From a virus: a DNA stretch of 64,000 nucleotides. Both the position numbers and the translations under genes were made by a program. This document shows positions 54,220 to 63,680 of the stretch, one piece after another (the stretch's first letter is position 1; every line of letters begins with the position of its first letter). The notes beneath the pieces were generated by a model. That model was given only the letters and a program-made list of their open reading frames with translations. It was not told the origin of the DNA and ran no database searches. The DNA lies in IMG/VR virus record IMGVR_UViG_3300025707_000004; one strand, given 5' to 3'.

Positions 54220-57088
54220 GTTTCAAGTTCACCCTACCCCGGCCGACAGAGTGCTCCGGGAAGAAATTGCTGCCGCCCGCACCGAGATTATCGGGCTCCT
54301 TCCCTCGGAGTTCACGCACCACTTCATGCGTATGCCCGTCCACGTCTCTGACGTAGACGACGTCGACCCCATCGACGTAGACCACGTCGTCAAGGACGAG
54401 AGCCAGCTTGTGGGTGTTGACCCGGACGAGATAGGGCTGGAGAAGTTCTCGTTTGATAAGCGCCCGTATCTGCCCGCCGTCTACGACACCAAGGCGCGCA
54501 AGACGCTCCTCATGTGCGGGCGGCAGACGGAGAAGACCACCAGTCTGGGCAACCAAATTCTTACGTACAGCTGCATGCGTAACCACTTCAAGTCGCTCTA
54601 TGTGTCTCCGACTGAGACGCAGACGACCACGTTCTCGCGGGACCGTATCGCCGCGCCCATCAAACTGAGCAAGCGGCTGAAGTTGTTCAAGGGTAGTAAC
54701 CCGACCTTCGCGGACAACGTGATGTTCAAGGAGTTCATCACTCACGCAAACATCACCCTCCGGTACGCGTACCTCCATGCCGACCGAGTTCGCGGTGTCT
54801 TCGCCGACCTGCTGTGCTTTGCCGAGGGGACTCGGGTGCTCACGAAGTCTGGTTGGGTGGCGGTCGAGGCACTCACCACAGACCATCTGGTCGCGGATGT
54901 CGGAGATGACGGAGTCGTTTCTTGGCAGCACCCGGCAAATATTTTCGGGCGGCGGCATACAGGGGAGATGGTGCAATTTGGGCACCGGGCGTTCGAGCTT
55001 AGGGTTACTGGCAATCACCAGATGTGGGCTAACCGGAAGGTCAAAGCTACGCAGAGAGTGGAGGACAAGTACGAGTTCGTAGAGGCTGCCGAGTTGGCCC
55101 GCCTGGAGACCATGGGGTTCAAGCTGACCTGTGGGGCGGCTTGGGCAGATGGCGAGGCCAGCCACATGGTCATCCCGCCTGTAGAGGGGGGCTATGGGGA
55201 AAACGCGGAACCGTTGGAGCTGGAGCTTCATGGTTTCGCTGAGCTGACCGGCTGGTACTTGGCGGAAGGGCATATCCAGTGGGGCCGACATAACGGCGAG
55301 CCGAAGTATGCCTACCCGGTCATTACGCAGGCAGAGGGCCGCTATCTAGACGAAATGCTAGAGGTGGTGCGTGGCCTTGGGCTCGATTTCAAACTGTACT
55401 CAGACCCGCGGGCGCCTCATGTAAAGCGCATGGTTATTCGGTCTAGGCGGCTGGGGGATTACTACGCTCAGCTCGGGGGCTCGTACGACAAGTACATTCC
55501 GCGCGAGTTCTTTGCGCAGCCTGAAGCGCTGGAGGGATTGCTCTACGGGCTGTACCTAGGGGACGCGTGCTATCACGCCGAAGATGAGTGGGACGAGGGG
55601 GTGCTGAGAACTCGGTCTGTTCAGTTGGCAGAAGACGCGCAGGAGGCGTGGCTACGCTTAGGCAGGCCAGCGGCGGTGCACGAACGACAGTCCGTTCCCG
55701 TGCACCAGGACACTGACTTGGGTGCAGAGGTTCGTGACCCTGTGCCGATGTACGAGGTTCACGCGCACAAGCGGGATTACTACATCTTCTGGCGGGCGGA
55801 TTTTCAGCGGAAGCGCCGTGTTATGGCCGAGGTTGTTACGGACGAGCAGGTGTACTGCTTCACCGTCCCCAGCCACCGCCCCATCGTGAAGGGTTCTTTG
55901 GGCAGCAAGCCCGTCATCGTGGGCCAGTGCATCGACGAGCTGCAGGACATCATCCCGGACATCATTCCGGTCATCGAGCAGTCCCTCTCTCACTCCCCGT
56001 ACCGCATCCTTCGATACGCTGGTACGCCGAAGTCGCTGGACAACACGATTGCTTGGTACTGGGAGAACCACTCGACTATGAACGAGTGGGTTATCCCGTG
56101 TGATGCCTGCAACCACTGGAACATCCCAGGCGAGAAGCACATCGGCCTGGAGCACCTCATCTGCGACAAGTGCGGGAAGCAAATCTACCCGAACCACGAC
56201 CGGGCACAGTGGGCTTCGATGCGGTCGCCGAAGTGGCTCAAGGACCCGCCCATCAAGCGTCCGTTCGAGGGGTATCGCATCCCGCAGATAATCACGCCGT
56301 GGGTGGACTGGCACGACATCAACGACAACCGGCGCCTGTACACCCGGGCCAAGTTCATCAACGAGGTTCTCGGGCAGGCGTACGACCACGCGGACAAGCT
56401 GCTTACGAAGAGCAAGCTACTCCCGAACTGCACCAGCAGCCCGATGACGCTGGAGCACGCACTCAAGTTCAAGAGCAACGCGAAGATTTATTTCGGCATC
56501 GACTGGGGTGGTGGTAGCGAGGCGGAGGAGAAGAAGAGCTTCACGGTCCTGACCGTGGGTGCCTACCTCGGGGGCAAGTTCACCTTCATCTACTTCAAGC
56601 GGTACGAGGGGGCAGCAGCCGAGGACGACGTCATGATGGCGGACATCATCCGGTTGGCGAACCTTTTCGGGGTGAGTATCCTGGGGACGGACTACGGCGG
56701 TGGGCACGTCTACAACGGCGAACTCATCCGTACGTTCGGTCTGAAGCGGTTGGCCCGGTACCAGTACGTCGGGACCAAGCAAATCTACTTCGACAAGCAC
56801 CTCGCGCGCTTCATGGTGAATCGCACGGAAGCCCTGATGGCGCTTGTCAATGCGCTGACGAGGCACGACATGATTCGGCTTCCTCAGTGGGACGATATCG
56901 AGACGCCGTTCATGTCTGACCTGCTGGCAGTCTTCGCAGAGACGGCCGAGCACGGACGGAAGACAACGGTTACCCGGTCCCCTGGGGCGTCCGATGACAC
57001 CATCCACGCGATGCTTTACTGCCTCTTGGCGTCTATGATTCACTACCCCCGGCCTGATATTATCGCTCCGGTAGGGCCTGCGTCCTAA
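54218..57088 (+). CDS. terL: Terminase large subunit (lambda GpA-like), intein-containing
   Basis: CGRQTEKTT Walker A, ADLL|CIDELQD Walker B, AGTP, CDAC/CDKC, GIDWG and DD..HA nuclease motifs; start uncertain. Confidence 0.85.
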   Translation: MFQVHPTPADRVLREEIAAARTEIIGLLPSEFTHHFMRMPVHVSDVDDVDPIDVDHVVKDESQLVGVDPDEIGLEKFSFDKRPYLPAVYDTKARKTLLMCGRQTEKTTSLGNQILTYSCMRNHFKSLYVSPTETQTTTFSRDRIAAPIKLSKRLKLFKGSNPTFADNVMFKEFITHANITLRYAYLHADRVRGVFADLLCFAEGTRVLTKSGWVAVEALTTDHLVADVGDDGVVSWQHPANIFGRRHTGEMVQFGHRAFELRVTGNHQMWANRKVKATQRVEDKYEFVEAAELARLETMGFKLTCGAAWADGEASHMVIPPVEGGYGENAEPLELELHGFAELTGWYLAEGHIQWGRHNGEPKYAYPVITQAEGRYLDEMLEVVRGLGLDFKLYSDPRAPHVKRMVIRSRRLGDYYAQLGGSYDKYIPREFFAQPEALEGLLYGLYLGDACYHAEDEWDEGVLRTRSVQLAEDAQEAWLRLGRPAAVHERQSVPVHQDTDLGAEVRDPVPMYEVHAHKRDYYIFWRADFQRKRRVMAEVVTDEQVYCFTVPSHRPIVKGSLGSKPVIVGQCIDELQDIIPDIIPVIEQSLSHSPYRILRYAGTPKSLDNTIAWYWENHSTMNEWVIPCDACNHWNIPGEKHIGLEHLICDKCGKQIYPNHDRAQWASMRSPKWLKDPPIKRPFEGYRIPQIITPWVDWHDINDNRRLYTRAKFINEVLGQAYDHADKLLTKSKLLPNCTSSPMTLEHALKFKSNAKIYFGIDWGGGSEAEEKKSFTVLTVGAYLGGKFTFIYFKRYEGAAAEDDVMMADIIRLANLFGVSILGTDYGGGHVYNGELIRTFGLKRLARYQYVGTKQIYFDKHLARFMVNRTEALMALVNALTRHDMIRLPQWDDIETPFMSDLLAVFAETAEHGRKTTVTRSPGASDDTIHAMLYCLLASMIHYPRPDIIAPVGPAS
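54815..55927 (+). mobile_element. Intein (371 aa), LAGLIDADG-type, Gln-terminated, in the terminase Walker B
   Basis: Begins CFAEGTRVLTKSGW; VTGNHQM; GWYLAEG and GLYLGDA; VYCFTVP; ends VIVGQ|C. Confidence 0.88.
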
Positions 57089-57099
57089 GGAGCCTCTCA

Positions 57100-58098
57100 A
57101 TGCACGACTTTGAAGCCTACCTCTCCGCCAGCTCGGACACCCTCCTCTCCGCGGAGCGTCTGCGGTCCATGGGGAAGCAGGCCGCAGCGCGGTTTGTGCA
57201 GGATGGCGTGTCCCTCAACAGCACCATCGCTGGGATGGTGAAAGAGGCGGGGCTCACCGGCGAGCAGACCAAGCGCGTGGTGGAAACGGCCAACAACACG
57301 GCGTTCGTCGAGCTGAAGCGTGCGGGGCACAAGGGCAACGTGTCCTTCCCCCTGGCTGACTTCAACGAGATTGCTGGCGGGGAGAAGACCAAGGTGGCCT
57401 CGCCCATCTCGGTCGCGCTGTCCGCGCGTGAGGTCTACATCCCCGGTGGGGAGGGCCTTCGCTTGGAGGACCTCTTCGACCAGCACGCGGACGAGCCCGA
57501 GCGATACGGCGAACTGGTGAAGGAGGCGCAGGTCTTCTATACGCAGGAAGCCCCGCTGCCTTCTCATATCCCCAAGCAGATGGCGCTCAAGAAGGAAGCC
57601 GAAGCGGACTTCAAGATGGCGCTCATCAACATGGAAGAGCACCTCTGGACGCTGGGCGGCCTGCTGAAGACCGCGGCGGCTGAGGGACATCAGCCCCATG
57701 AGACCGGCGCTGCCCTGGAGATGCTGGGGATGTCCGCGGGTGTGCAGAAGGTCGTGGCGGCCGAGTACCCCGAGCTGGTCGAGTTCGGCCACATGCTGAA
57801 GTTCGCCAACGCGGGCATGGGTCCCGTACAAGCCGGTCCACTCCCGGGGGTTATCCAGTCCCTGGAGATGACCTCACAGCAGCTCATGACCACCAGTCAG
57901 CTGGTCCAGCAGGCGCAGATGTCCATGGACTCGCTGCTACAGCACCTCCGAGGGATGCCGCCCCCGATGGAGCCGGGCGTTCCCGGTAGTGACGTCATCC
58001 CGCAGTCGGCTGGTCCGCAGGGTCCGGTCCCGGCTCCTGGTCCTGGTCCTGGTCCCGCCCCTGGTGGCCCCATGCCGCCACAGGGTCCGGTCGCGTAA
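57100..58098 (+). CDS. Virion-associated hypothetical protein with Pro/Gly tail
   Basis: KQAA, KEAG, KVAS and KTAA motifs; AGGAG RBS. Confidence 0.6.
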   Translation: MHDFEAYLSASSDTLLSAERLRSMGKQAAARFVQDGVSLNSTIAGMVKEAGLTGEQTKRVVETANNTAFVELKRAGHKGNVSFPLADFNEIAGGEKTKVASPISVALSAREVYIPGGEGLRLEDLFDQHADEPERYGELVKEAQVFYTQEAPLPSHIPKQMALKKEAEADFKMALINMEEHLWTLGGLLKTAAAEGHQPHETGAALEMLGMSAGVQKVVAAEYPELVEFGHMLKFANAGMGPVQAGPLPGVIQSLEMTSQQLMTTSQLVQQAQMSMDSLLQHLRGMPPPMEPGVPGSDVIPQSAGPQGPVPAPGPGPGPAPGGPMPPQGPVA

Positions 58099-58100
58099 AG

Positions 58101-58703
58101 ATGCCCAAGCCGAAGCCCACAGAAGTGCAGATTGGCGAGGCCCTACACAACATGGGCGCTCGTGCCCAGGACCGCGTTGCCCGCAGCCGCCTGACCGCAC
58201 CCTACCGCTACGCCAAGGGCGCAGTAAGCCGAGGGGTCTCACGGGCAGCTGGTGCCCCGGTACGGGCAGCCCAGCGGTCGCTGGCATCTATGGCGCTCGG
58301 CAAGAAGTCGAGGCGGGGTCCTTTCCGTGGCAAGCGAATGCACGCTGTCGAGGGTGGCCCGGGTCGCGGTATGCGCGAAATCTCCATGGCGGACTACGAC
58401 GACATCAAAGAGGGGCGCACCAAGGGCAAGGCGTACAAGGCCCGTATCGACGGCAAGACGTATCGCTACGCACGGAAGTTCCGTCCTGGCGGCGCGGTTG
58501 GCATGGCGATGAAGCACCCGTTGCTTGCTGGCGGTGGCGCGTTGGCGGCGTACTGGCTCGCCAAGAAACCGGAGAACCGGCAGGCGGCTAGTGCAATGGG
58601 CGGCGCTATGATGCCCCGACAGCAAATCAACGCATCTCTCGCAGCTCGCCTGCGGCAGCAGCATTCGGTAGAGAACCCCTTGGCGCGTGAGGTCTGGCAG
58701 TGA
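58101..58703 (+). CDS. Basic protein with a hydrophobic segment
   Basis: R/K-rich; PLLAGGGALAAYWL. Confidence 0.6.
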   Translation: MPKPKPTEVQIGEALHNMGARAQDRVARSRLTAPYRYAKGAVSRGVSRAAGAPVRAAQRSLASMALGKKSRRGPFRGKRMHAVEGGPGRGMREISMADYDDIKEGRTKGKAYKARIDGKTYRYARKFRPGGAVGMAMKHPLLAGGGALAAYWLAKKPENRQAASAMGGAMMPRQQINASLAARLRQQHSVENPLAREVWQ

Positions 58704-59320
58704 TTACTGACGAGCGACGAACAGCACTCCTCGAAAAGCTCGGCGCCAGCCTCGGCGAAACGGTGTTCGGGGACAGCCCTGGTAAGGCGCTTGCCGGGTA
58801 TGGGCGCAGCCTCGTTGGCGACACGACCAAGGGTGTCCTCAAGGACGTCATCTCCGAGCAGCTGAAGGAGCGGCTCAAGCCGAAGCCCACAGTAAGCAAA
58901 ATGATCTTCGGTCGCGGCGGTGCGCTCAAGAAGGCGCTCGCATTCGGTGCGGTCGCGGCGGGCATCGGCGGTGGCGTCGGCTTGGCGGACATGGCCATTG
59001 GCAAGGTCCACGGCTCGGTCACCAAGAAGAAGGGCTTCCAGGACATGATGGATGCCAACCCGCAGTTCAAGAAGGAGCCAAAGAAGGACGTGCAGGGCAT
59101 CTTCAATACCCTCTACAACTTCGCGCCGACCATGGCGAAAGACCCGTTGGTCGCCGGCTCCTTCATGAAGAAGCAGCTGCAGTTCAAGACCGAGGGCATT
59201 CAGGCCCCTGACGTGAAGACCCTCAGTGAAGTTACCCGCAACCTGGGCGGGGCGCGCAAGGAGTCCATCCTGGCTCGCGCCTTCGGTGCCGTTGCCGCTG
59301 CCCCCGGAATGGACATCTAA
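58700..59320 (+). CDS. LEKL-family Gly-zipper protein
   Basis: N-terminus RRTALLEKLGA. Confidence 0.7.
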   Translation: MITDERRTALLEKLGASLGETVFGDSPGKALAGYGRSLVGDTTKGVLKDVISEQLKERLKPKPTVSKMIFGRGGALKKALAFGAVAAGIGGGVGLADMAIGKVHGSVTKKKGFQDMMDANPQFKKEPKKDVQGIFNTLYNFAPTMAKDPLVAGSFMKKQLQFKTEGIQAPDVKTLSEVTRNLGGARKESILARAFGAVAAAPGMDI

Positions 59321-59782
59321 ATGAACATCGCACGCAAAGCCGCCGTTCTTGAGAAGCTGGCGGGGGCGAAGACGTTCCCAGTTTCTCGCTTCCTGACGAG
59401 CCGCAAAACCGTCGCTGGTGTCGGTGCGGCTTATGGCGGTACTCTCGGCGGAGCCGTAGGCGGCCCTCCCGGCGCAGCTATAGGAGCGGGCATCGGCGGA
59501 CTGTACGGCCTGGGCGCGGCTTCCATCGCTCGTAAGGCGCAGGGCCGTGCCCTCTTGGGTCGAGCACGAAAGCTGGAGTCGACGGGGGCAATGTCGGGGC
59601 TCACCAAGGAAGAGGCCCAACTGTCCTTGCGCTTCCAGGGGGCCTCCAAGGGGAGCCTCCCCTTCATGGGCGGCAAGATGCATCTCAGCGGTAAGGGCAT
59701 GAAGGCCGCTAAGGGCACAGCCCTTGTTGCTACCGGTGCTGCCGGCATCGGCCTGGGGCGCCTGTCCAAAGCGGAGAAGTAG
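59321..59782 (+). CDS. LEKL-family Gly-zipper protein
   Basis: RKAAVLEKLAGAKTFPVSRFL. Confidence 0.75.
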   Translation: MNIARKAAVLEKLAGAKTFPVSRFLTSRKTVAGVGAAYGGTLGGAVGGPPGAAIGAGIGGLYGLGAASIARKAQGRALLGRARKLESTGAMSGLTKEEAQLSLRFQGASKGSLPFMGGKMHLSGKGMKAAKGTALVATGAAGIGLGRLSKAEK

Positions 59783-59785
59783 CCG

Positions 59786-60436
59786 ATGCTTGCCACCCGT
59801 AAGATAGAGGTGCTGGAGAAGCTTGGGGCAGGGCCAAAGACCTACCCGATTTCCAGGTTCCTGAAGAACCCCTGGGCCGAGTGGGTTATGGGTGGAAATC
59901 CCGGGATGGAGTATATCAAGAACATGACCTACGCCCAGCGCCTTCAAGGGAAGGCGCGGATGGGCACGGGGCTCAAGAACAAGCTCACGGACATGACCAC
60001 GGCGGAAGAGAAGAAGATCATTCGGGCCTTGAGGGCGGACAGCCCTAAGAACCGCGCGCGAGGGGCCGCGAAGCAGACCGCGGGTGTCGCCGCCGCCGGT
60101 CTTGGTGGCGTCGCGGCCGGTAGTGCGCTCAAGGAGAAGAAAGCGGGCGCGAGCACCTACCCGATCCAAAGGTTCATCCATAACCCCTTGGCGGGGATAC
60201 CCCCGCTCAAGTTCCTGCAGAACAAGATTGGTGCTCGGGCTCTTCTAGGCACGTCCCGCGTGCCGCCTTCAGAGCTGAGGGCACTGTCAGGCCACGAGGA
60301 ACGAATTGTGGACGCCCTGCGGGCCACGTCCCGCGGGGGTAGAAAGCGCACGGCCGCGGCTACGGCTGCGGCGGGAACCTTGGCTGCCGCCCTCGGCGTT
60401 GCGGCTGCACCCGGCCGTCGCAAGAAGAAGGACTGA
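59786..60436 (+). CDS. LEKL-family protein with internal duplication
   Basis: RKIEVLEKLGAGPKTYPISRFL, then KKAGASTYPIQRFI. Confidence 0.75.
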   Translation: MLATRKIEVLEKLGAGPKTYPISRFLKNPWAEWVMGGNPGMEYIKNMTYAQRLQGKARMGTGLKNKLTDMTTAEEKKIIRALRADSPKNRARGAAKQTAGVAAAGLGGVAAGSALKEKKAGASTYPIQRFIHNPLAGIPPLKFLQNKIGARALLGTSRVPPSELRALSGHEERIVDALRATSRGGRKRTAAATAAAGTLAAALGVAAAPGRRKKKD

Positions 60437-60438
60437 GC

Positions 60439-60888
60439 ATGCGCAGCGCCCGAAAAGCCCATGTCCTGGAGAAGCTCGCCAAGCTGCGGGTCATCGGTGA
60501 CGTGAGCCCCGAGAATGTGGCCGCGCTTGAGCAGTTGCAGAGCAAGCCAAAGAAGAAGAAGACCTATCCGATTTCTCGGTTCATGACGTCTCCCCTCGCT
60601 TCGGGTTCCGTTGCCGCTGTTGGTGGTGGTGTAGTGGGGCTCTTGGGGGCTAAGCGCCGTATTCAGGCAGCTGCCCGTATGGGCTACCCCATGCCGCGGT
60701 CAGCGAAAGCCACGCTCCTTCTTGGTACGCTTCTCGGTGTTGGGGCAGGCGCCGGCATTGACAGCGGGATGTCGTTCTTGCGGAACAAGGTGCGGGCTCG
60801 TGCGTTGAAGGGGAAGGCCAACCTCAATGACAAGGGTTGGTCTTCTCGTGAAGAGAAGCAGATCATCAAGAGCCTGCAGAAGAAGTAG
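60439..60888 (+). CDS. LEKL-family Gly-zipper protein
   Basis: RKAHVLEKLA...KTYPISRFM. Confidence 0.75.
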   Translation: MRSARKAHVLEKLAKLRVIGDVSPENVAALEQLQSKPKKKKTYPISRFMTSPLASGSVAAVGGGVVGLLGAKRRIQAAARMGYPMPRSAKATLLLGTLLGVGAGAGIDSGMSFLRNKVRARALKGKANLNDKGWSSREEKQIIKSLQKK

Positions 60889-60890
60889 GG

Positions 60891-61232
60891 ATGACCCGCG
60901 CACGCAAACAGCAGGTCCTGGAGAAGCTCGCGGGCTGGCTCACCCCTAACGGGTGGGACAAGAAGCGTAAGTGGGTGCACGACCACCAGAGCACCACTGC
61001 TTCTATTGTTCGGGCGCTTGTTCCTGCCGCGCGGAATACCCGGGGTAGCAAGAGTCTGCCTCCCCCAACGTTGGGGCAGTACCGCGCTGAGCGTGCTGCA
61101 GGGGTGTCCCGTAAGCTGACCAAGGGCAAGAACTGGCACGTCACCCCTGACGCGAAGCCGCTGGTCAGTAAGGTGCCGAAGCGGCATGTAGTAACTTACA
61201 AGAAGCAGCCCCAACCTGTAGCGAGCCTGTAG
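60891..61232 (+). CDS. LEKL-family small basic protein
   Basis: RKQQVLEKLAG. Confidence 0.7.
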   Translation: MTRARKQQVLEKLAGWLTPNGWDKKRKWVHDHQSTTASIVRALVPAARNTRGSKSLPPPTLGQYRAERAAGVSRKLTKGKNWHVTPDAKPLVSKVPKRHVVTYKKQPQPVASL

Positions 61233-62890
61233 TGGACAAGCTCATCACTTTCTCTGGCGTCTCCTCTACGGGGGAGCCCCTCGTCCAGGCGTTGTTCCCT
61301 GACGTCGACGACGGGAAGGTGAAGGTTGCATCCTTCAGCCGTCTCCACCCGGAGATGCAGAAGTACGTCGACAGTTACAAGCCGCGCCCCGGCAAGCTGT
61401 GCGTCCTGGTCAACGCCCTCGGTGCGGGTGAGTACTACGGCTCCAACGTCAACGCGGATTACTTCGAGGAGTCGGAACTCGACCCGCAGGAGTTCAAGGG
61501 GCTCCCGGTCGACGTCAACCACCCGAGCCTGTACGGGCACCAGACGTTTCTCCGCGCGAACGTCTTCAGGCACCACAAGAACAAAGACCCCGGCATCACC
61601 TACGGGCAGATCGTAAAGGTCGTCTACAACGAGGTTATGCACCGCGTCGAACTCATCATTGAGATTGACCGACGCCGTGCTGAGGAGCTGGGGTACCAGG
61701 ACCTCTTGTCGGAGCTGGATGCGGGCGGCCACCCAGCCGTAAGCATGGGTGCGCGGGTCAAGTACGACGTCTGCAGCATCTGCGGCAACAAGTCGTTCAC
61801 GCGCGCTGACTACTGCAACGACATGAAGATGATGCGCAATCAGGTCCTCCCTGATGGCCGCAAGGTGTTCGTGTACAACCCGAAGCCGAAGTTCTTCGAC
61901 CTGAGCTTCGTCATCATCGGTGCAGACAAGACCAGCTACGCCATGCTCAAGGTGGCCTACGCCCAGGAGGCGTTGCAGCACGGCCTGTCGGCTGACGCTG
62001 CGGCTGTAGCCGGAACGGGCCGAGACTTCGACCGCCGCATCCTCTTGCAGAAGATGGCGGAGGTCCAGAAGAAGGCCACCATCACCAAGCGCATCCCTTC
62101 GCTGGCCCATGGCCTCAGTCCGCACCTTGCTTCCCGTGAGCCCGACATGGACATGGGGCAGATGCAGGAGCTGGCGAGGCAGCCAATCGAGCGGACCCTC
62201 ACCAGTACCGGCGCTGCTGGGATGGTGTTGAAGCCCTCGGAGTTCCAGACCATCGTGCTCATCAAGATGCGCCAGCCCCGTTTGGCGCGCGAGATGTGGG
62301 ACGGCGGTCAGTGCTTCGCCCCTGAGTCCGGTGCGGATATGGGGATGCGTTGGGGGAGCCCCCGCGATTATCAGCCGCTAATAACGCGCGCCCTGAGTCG
62401 CATCCTCGGACGTCGTAGTGCGCTGGGTGAAGACCCCGGTGTAGGCCGCCCTCGCTGCATCGTTCGCGTTGTCCGGCCGGTCGAAAGTAACACCCCTCTT
62501 CTCACGAAGGTGGCCGAGGGTTACAACGGATACAGAATTCAGCTTCTGGAGAAGGCACCTTCTCTAGTAAGCTCAGTGACAAGTAGAGACGGAGACCTGC
62601 TATCAACCGTCTTCGGCGAAGTGCTTGAAGGTTCGTTGCTGGGTTTGGAAAAGAGCGCTGGGATCCCCCCCGAGCTACTGACCGACACCAGCCTTGCTTA
62701 CCTTTATGGGGCTCACCACCAAGGTTTCGGTGGGCTTACGAAGAGCGCTTCCGCTGTTGATGAGTTCGTTGAGCGGCATCCCGTGCTGGCGGCATCGCTT
62801 CTGCTCGGTTTGGTTCGACTTGGGAACCAACTGCACAGGACTGGAAAGCTCGGTCAGCTTTTGCATGCAGGTCTAGCTAAGCTGACCTGA
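61232..62890 (+). CDS. Putative prohead (capsid maturation) protease
   Basis: NVNADYF, VFRHH, G.IV, VSMG (candidate catalytic Ser), CSICGN and FFDLSFV..GAD pattern of HK97/herpes-fold phage proteases. Confidence 0.6.
   Translation: MDKLITFSGVSSTGEPLVQALFPDVDDGKVKVASFSRLHPEMQKYVDSYKPRPGKLCVLVNALGAGEYYGSNVNADYFEESELDPQEFKGLPVDVNHPSLYGHQTFLRANVFRHHKNKDPGITYGQIVKVVYNEVMHRVELIIEIDRRRAEELGYQDLLSELDAGGHPAVSMGARVKYDVCSICGNKSFTRADYCNDMKMMRNQVLPDGRKVFVYNPKPKFFDLSFVIIGADKTSYAMLKVAYAQEALQHGLSADAAAVAGTGRDFDRRILLQKMAEVQKKATITKRIPSLAHGLSPHLASREPDMDMGQMQELARQPIERTLTSTGAAGMVLKPSEFQTIVLIKMRQPRLAREMWDGGQCFAPESGADMGMRWGSPRDYQPLITRALSRILGRRSALGEDPGVGRPRCIVRVVRPVESNTPLLTKVAEGYNGYRIQLLEKAPSLVSSVTSRDGDLLSTVFGEVLEGSLLGLEKSAGIPPELLTDTSLAYLYGAHHQGFGGLTKSASAVDEFVERHPVLAASLLLGLVRLGNQLHRTGKLGQLLHAGLAKLT
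62369..62383. repeat. Palindrome copy 13, TATCAGCCGCTAATA (1 mismatch)
   Basis: Inside the protease gene, in a different reading frame (YQPLI). Confidence 0.85.
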
Positions 62891-62964
62891 TTGAGCGCAC
62901 CTAGACTCGGAGAACCGGGTCGACGATGATGCCCTCGCTCTGACATTCAAAAAGGGATTCAAAA

Positions 62965-63603
62965 ATGAGCAACAGTTTTGTTGACCAGCTCCTGTCCGGT
63001 GGTACCGACCACGGCGAGCTGGAGAAGATCGCGGGCCCTGAGGCCCTCAACGTGCTCGAAGAGCTGGAGAAGACCGCGGCTGCTGAGGGCATCGACCTCG
63101 GCCAGTTCACGGACGACCAGATCGTCGAGATGATTCGTCAGACCATGGGCGAAGAGGTCGGCGAGCAGGTCGCTGCCGCTCCTGGTGGCGAAGAGGGCGT
63201 GGAGAAGGTGGCTTCGGCTCCCGGCAACGACCTCCCCGCTGGCGTCGACATGGAGAAGGTCGCTGCGGCGGACTACCTCGGTCGCGTTCAGGCGCACGCC
63301 ATGGCTGAAGAGCTGGCGGGCATCTGGGGCCAGGGTGACGACGGCATGGACAAGGTCGCGAGTGTCGAGGACATCACCGAGGACGAGTTCAACCAACTCG
63401 CCGCGATGAACGCCAACGACATCTTGGAGCAGCTCGGCGCGCTGGAGGGTGACACCCTGGAGCAGACCGAGGGCCGCGAGAAGGTCGCTTCGCTCTCGTT
63501 CGACGAGGAGCTGACCGACCTGCTTGGCAACCGCACCGCGGAGCTGCTTGACGCGGCCGGCTGGGATGTGGACGCCATCGCTGCGGCGTTCGACGAGGAG
63601 TAA
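62965..63603 (+). CDS. Acidic scaffold-like protein with six [ED]K-x-A motifs
   Basis: EKIAG, EKTAA, EKVAS, EKVAA, DKVAS, EKVAS; directly after the protease. Confidence 0.6.
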   Translation: MSNSFVDQLLSGGTDHGELEKIAGPEALNVLEELEKTAAAEGIDLGQFTDDQIVEMIRQTMGEEVGEQVAAAPGGEEGVEKVASAPGNDLPAGVDMEKVAAADYLGRVQAHAMAEELAGIWGQGDDGMDKVASVEDITEDEFNQLAAMNANDILEQLGALEGDTLEQTEGREKVASLSFDEELTDLLGNRTAELLDAAGWDVDAIAAAFDEE

Positions 63604-63621
63604 TCCTCATCGGGTCCGCTT

Positions 63622-63659
63622 GAAGAAGGGCGGGGGAAGCAATTCTCCCGTCCTTTTTT
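63622..63659 (+). terminator. Intrinsic terminator
   Basis: AAGGGCGGGGGAA-GCAA-TTCTCCCGTCCTT stem-loop followed by a T-run. Confidence 0.8.
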
Positions 63660-63680
63660 CTGACTACCGCTTCGACAAAT

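Noticed and set aside
565-60181. Long antisense or alternate-frame ORFs (e.g. 565..1821, 6133..7428, 23791..25254, 49382..50815, 51944..53704, 58466..60181)
   Set aside because: Shadow ORFs expected in high-GC DNA opposite well-supported genes; no recognisable motifs.
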